Of a DNA stretch of 64,000 nucleotides, positions 62,663 through 64,000 are shown piece by piece; within the stretch, counting starts at the first letter, position 1; the number at the start of each line of letters is the position of its first letter. The notes under the pieces were generated by a model. That model was not told the origin of the DNA, searched no databases, and worked only from the letters and a program-made list of their open reading frames with translations. The translations under genes were made by a program, and so were the position numbers. Origin of the DNA: Stegostoma tigrinum (Eukaryota); assembly GCF_030684315.1 (NCBI RefSeq), contig NC_081362.1, positions 14,502,589 to 14,566,588 on the forward strand. Direction: 5' to 3'.

Positions 62663-63325
62663 TTCAGTAGCGCACGTCCCAGACGACGACAATCTTTAGC
62701 CTTTCCCCTTTCACCCCAGATACGAGAGGAACTGACGCAGCTCACGAGCGACACAAAACACGTGCCTCTGTGCGTCGTAACCACGCCCCGTTAACGTCAC
62801 AATTCATTTCACATCACGGCCACGCCCCTCCGCGTTCCAGTCACCCCATCAGAATGACCCTGGCAACGTTCCGGCTTTGCTCCTACAAACATGCTGCCCA
62901 GCTCCTACCCACAGCGACTGTCGCCCCGCTTTATACCAATACCCCCATTTTACCAATCTCCTGCCCCGCTCCGCTGTTCTGCAGAATTGCCGCACCCGTA
63001 GACCCCGCCCCCGTCCCACACCAATCAGCAGCCTCGTCCCATCCCCAGCACCGCCCATTTGGCCGAGCGTCTCACGCAGCCCCGCCCCAGCACCGCGACG
63101 GACGCAAAACATAGCCCCGCCCACCCACGGCACTGTCGTCCTCTCGCCCCGCCCCGCCCGGACGCAAGCCGGCCCCAGCCCCGCCCCCAGAACGGCCTGG
63201 TCTCGCAGACGTAGCCCCGCCCACCCCGATCACTGCCGATTCTCCCTGCCTCTTGTGCCCCATATTTCTTGAACAGCGAACCTCGAGGAGATGTAGTCGA
63301 CTTCGATCAGTGATCGAGGGGTGGG
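62663..63325 (-). promoter_or_regulatory. NAA20 CpG-island promoter and 5' UTR
   Basis: CpG-dense; several GC boxes (CCCGCCC at ~63004, 63081, 63115, 63154, 63180, 63216); CCAAT boxes at ~62936, 62954, 63021; ACTACATCTCC (ZNF143/THAP11-like) on minus at ~63287-63297. Confidence 0.8.
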
Positions 63326-63404
63326 TGGTTGAGTTATTAGTTTGATTTTCTGTGTATGATTCTGTCCCTGGGGTAGGGTGCAAAGGCAGCTAAGTCGTGC
63401 ATTA

Positions 63405-63883
63405 TAACAAAGAGGCAGGCGTAGCTTGGGCCTATGCGGGTGCCCATGGGCACCCCCTTTGTCTGTAGGAAGTGGGAGGAATCGAAAGAGAAGTAGGTAC
63501 CCGCGCCCTCTACCTCCTCCAGAATTTCCAATTCCCTGGCCCCCAACACCTCACTTTCACCATGGACGTCCAGTCCCTGTACACCTGTATTCCACATGCA
63601 GATGGCCTCAAGGCCCTCCGCTGCTTCCTGTCCCGCAGGCCGGACCAGTCCCCGTCCACCGACACTCTCATCCGCCTAGCTGAACTCCTCCTCACCCTCA
63701 ACAACTTCTCTTTCGATTCCTCCCACTTCCTACAGACAAAGGGGGTGGCCATGGGTACCCGCATGGGCCCAAGCTATGCCTGCCTCTTTGTACGTTATGT
63801 GGAACAGTCCTTCTTCTGTACCTACACTGGCTTCACACTTTGTTATCTTGGATTCTCCAGCATCTGCAGTTCCCATTATCTCG
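63405..63883 (+). mobile_element. Internally deleted Penelope-like element with RT fragment, 5' inversion and 13-bp TSD
   Basis: FTMDVQSLYTCIPH...LTLNNFSFDSSHFLQTKGVAMGTRMGPSYACLF are PLE RT motifs; TSD AAGTCGTGCATTA at 63392-63404 and 63884-63896; ends in the family tail. Confidence 0.92.
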
Positions 63884-64000
63884 AAGTCGTGCATTAGTCA
63901 TCATCTCATTGAACAGTGGAACAGATTTGTGGGAATATATACCTCCTGACCTTTGTGTAATCACTTGCTTTTCTTGCACATACACACACTTTAAAAATTT

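Noticed and set aside
62770-63383. Several P/R/A/G-rich ORFs of 94-131 aa
   Set aside because: By-product of the GC-rich NAA20 promoter
1-64000. CRISPR arrays, rRNA, true tRNA genes, snoRNAs, prokaryotic systems
   Set aside because: None seen; tRNA-like A/B boxes all belong to SINE heads and no convincing C/D or H/ACA box pair was found

Overview
Vertebrate genomic DNA, most likely a shark or ray (inferred from HE1-like V-SINEs and the CR1/Penelope repeat landscape). Three spliced genes can be built by hand. (1) The 5' part of CFAP61 on the minus strand: 5 coding exons at 16072->5011, continuing off the left edge. (2) Complete CRNKL1 on the plus strand: 14 exons, 19333-42994, 688 aa, head-to-head with CFAP61 on a ~0.3 kb CpG-rich promoter with RFX X-boxes. 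(3) Complete NAA20 on the minus strand: 6 exons, 62662->52236, 178 aa, tail-to-tail with CRNKL1. CRNKL1 has a U12-type AT-AC intron, overlapped by a possible in-frame GT-AG alternative, and NAA20 has a U12-type GT-AG intron. The rest is transposon-derived: a decayed Gypsy pol, solo-LTR-like pieces, CR1 and L2 LINEs, several SINE families, and about 15 Penelope-like (PLE) insertions. The most striking non-genic signal is that the PLE terminal repeats carry minimal hammerhead-ribozyme cores (CTGATGA-stem II-GAAACGTC). These occur as ~130-bp TSD-flanked mini-elements and as fold-back insertions whose boundaries often coincide with the ribozyme and with a ~36-nt terminal tail. Exon coordinates were checked for phase. 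Repeat boundaries are approximate and family names come from motif recognition, not a database search.
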